From: an uncultured Dehalococcoidia bacterium
Lineage (GTDB): Bacteria; Chloroflexota; Dehalococcoidia; SZUA-161; SpSt-899
Direction: 5' to 3'
DNA length: 54,978 nt
Assembly (NCBI GenBank): GCA_964634125.1
Contig: CAZWIP010000002.1
Span: 1 to 54,978, forward strand
Part shown: positions 53,904 to 54,978 of the stretch, piece by piece
How the letters are laid out: the number at the start of each line of letters is the position of its first letter
How positions within the stretch are numbered: position 1 is the first letter of the stretch
Made by a program: the position numbers and the translations under genes
The notes under the pieces: model-generated
The model's database searches: none
Told to the model about the DNA's origin: nothing
Seen by the model: only the letters and a program-made list of their open reading frames with translations

Positions 53904-54978
53904 ATGACTGATTTCAATTCTAAGGGCGAATCAAGAGTTCCTGAAAGCCTGCTTTCTCAGATATGGAAAGGCCAGTGGCTTAAGCAAGGACCTTTCCCTG
54001 CTAGTGACGGTAGGGTTGTCAGAGTGAAATGGGCGGGAAGGGAAAACAAGGATAGCGGCCCCGATTTTCTCAATGCAGCAATCATTCTTGATGATGAAAT
54101 AGTTACTGGCGATATCGAGCTTCATGTCAGGTCGAGTGACTGGCGCTCTCACGGCCACCATCTCGATCCTCATTTCAACAACGTCATTCTGCAGGTGGTT
54201 TTTTGGGACGATTCGAAAAAACCTGCTCAACTTGAAAATGGCGACCATATCCCTACCCTGCCGCTCCGTGAATTTCTCAACGGATCGATGGATGATCTCG
54301 CTGTAAAAGCGGAATCTCATCAGATACCATCATTGCCCTGCCGAAATATCGGAAAAGTTTTAGGTGAGAAAAGGATAGGCGAAATCCTGGATGAGTATGG
54401 TATCGAGCGGTTTTATTTGAAATCAGCGTCCTTTGAAATCGACCTAATAATTGAAGAACCGGAGCAAGTTCTCTACCAGCGCATGATGGGAGCTTTGGGC
54501 TATACCAAGAACAAGAAAGCTTTTGAGGAATTGGCGCGGCGATTGCCATATCGAGTTATTGAAAACATCATACAAGAACAAGAACTCGTAAATAGAACGC
54601 TCATGCTGCAAGCACTGCTTCTGGGTTCTGCAGGTCTGTTGCCTTCACAGTGTGATGGAAAATCGAAACTGAGTCGTTCTGTTGAAGTGGGTAACTTGGA
54701 GAGAGCATGGGATTCATTGAACGTCAGTGATTCCATGAGTTATGCGGATTGGCACTTTTTCCGAATGCATCCCAAGAATTTCCCCACTTCTCGGCTTTTC
54801 GCTGCTGGGTATCTTCTCGATCGTTATCTTGAAGAAGGATTGTTAAAGCAAGTGCTTGAACTTGTAAGAGAGGCAAATCCTGGCAAAGGTGCAACTATGA
54901 TTGAGAGAGGTTTCGTTGTTCCCGACTGTGCGTCTTCAGCAAAAGTGGGACAAATGGGCCCGATAATTAAAGGACACA
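53904..54978 (+). CDS. DUF2851-family protein (3' end outside the window; absent from the ORF track because no stop is reached)
   Basis: Open frame from the ATG at 53904 to the window edge. ESLLSQIWKGQW...GRENKDSGPDFLNAAIILDDEIVTGDIELHVRSSDWRSHGHH...NNVILQVVFWDD matches the DUF2851 pattern. The minus-strand ORFs over it are shadows. Confidence 0.7.
   Translation, partial: MTDFNSKGESRVPESLLSQIWKGQWLKQGPFPASDGRVVRVKWAGRENKDSGPDFLNAAIILDDEIVTGDIELHVRSSDWRSHGHHLDPHFNNVILQVVFWDDSKKPAQLENGDHIPTLPLREFLNGSMDDLAVKAESHQIPSLPCRNIGKVLGEKRIGEILDEYGIERFYLKSASFEIDLIIEEPEQVLYQRMMGALGYTKNKKAFEELARRLPYRVIENIIQEQELVNRTLMLQALLLGSAGLLPSQCDGKSKLSRSVEVGNLERAWDSLNVSDSMSYADWHFFRMHPKNFPTSRLFAAGYLLDRYLEEGLLKQVLELVREANPGKGATMIERGFVVPDCASSAKVGQMGPIIKGH

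Overview
This is a bacterial chromosomal window of about 55 kb with roughly 60 genes. tig, clpP, topA, dprA and efp establish that it is bacterial. The mix of archaeal-type nitrogen genes and Fe-S proteins suggests an anaerobic Chloroflexota/Dehalococcoidia-like lineage, but taxonomy cannot be settled from the sequence alone. No rRNA, tRNA, CRISPR array, transposase or integrase-bounded island was seen.

Layout:
1. 0.1-8.5 kb, minus strand: hisH-hisF, then a PyrR-attenuated pyrR-pyrB operon. Its pyrB carries a fused PyrI-type zinc domain. An ArsA-like ATPase, an MFS transporter and an MMPL transporter follow.
2. 8.7-14 kb: a thioredoxin-lipoprotein / small CxxC protein / NapH-like polyferredoxin module, an RCK K+ channel with a GYD filter, and tig-clpP-clpP.
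3. 14.1-22.7 kb: housekeeping genes (formyltransferase-like, PHP, an Arg32-type efp, pepP, aroQ, xerC, topA, dprA).
4. 22.9-40.7 kb: a nitrogen-assimilation island. It holds an NrpR-like regulator with a GltS-family FMN protein and an LhgO-like flavoprotein, a LuxR gene next to a NuoEFG-like module, glnA, amt-glnB, an atypical OmpR-family regulator, and an archaeal-style split glutamate synthase with a ferredoxin and flavoprotein. Two recurring DNA motifs occur here: a 17-nt identical box at two promoters, and helically phased GTnAC boxes at the amt, glnA and carA promoters.
5. 40.7-50.5 kb: two PyrR-attenuated operons, a divergent hisF paralogue with carB, and a frame-disrupted carA with a second carB, followed by a MaoC hotdog pair.
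6. 50.5-53.9 kb: an AT-richer four-gene cassette bracketed by inverted copies of a nested-hairpin repeat. It encodes a PLDc_N membrane protein, a 404-aa orphan, a stand-alone non-canonical cNMP-binding domain and a CapV-sized patatin phospholipase. This is my best candidate for an undescribed nucleotide-sensing, defence-like system.
7. A 3'-truncated DUF2851 gene.

All calls rest on reading the ORF translations and the DNA by eye. No database search or alignment was run.
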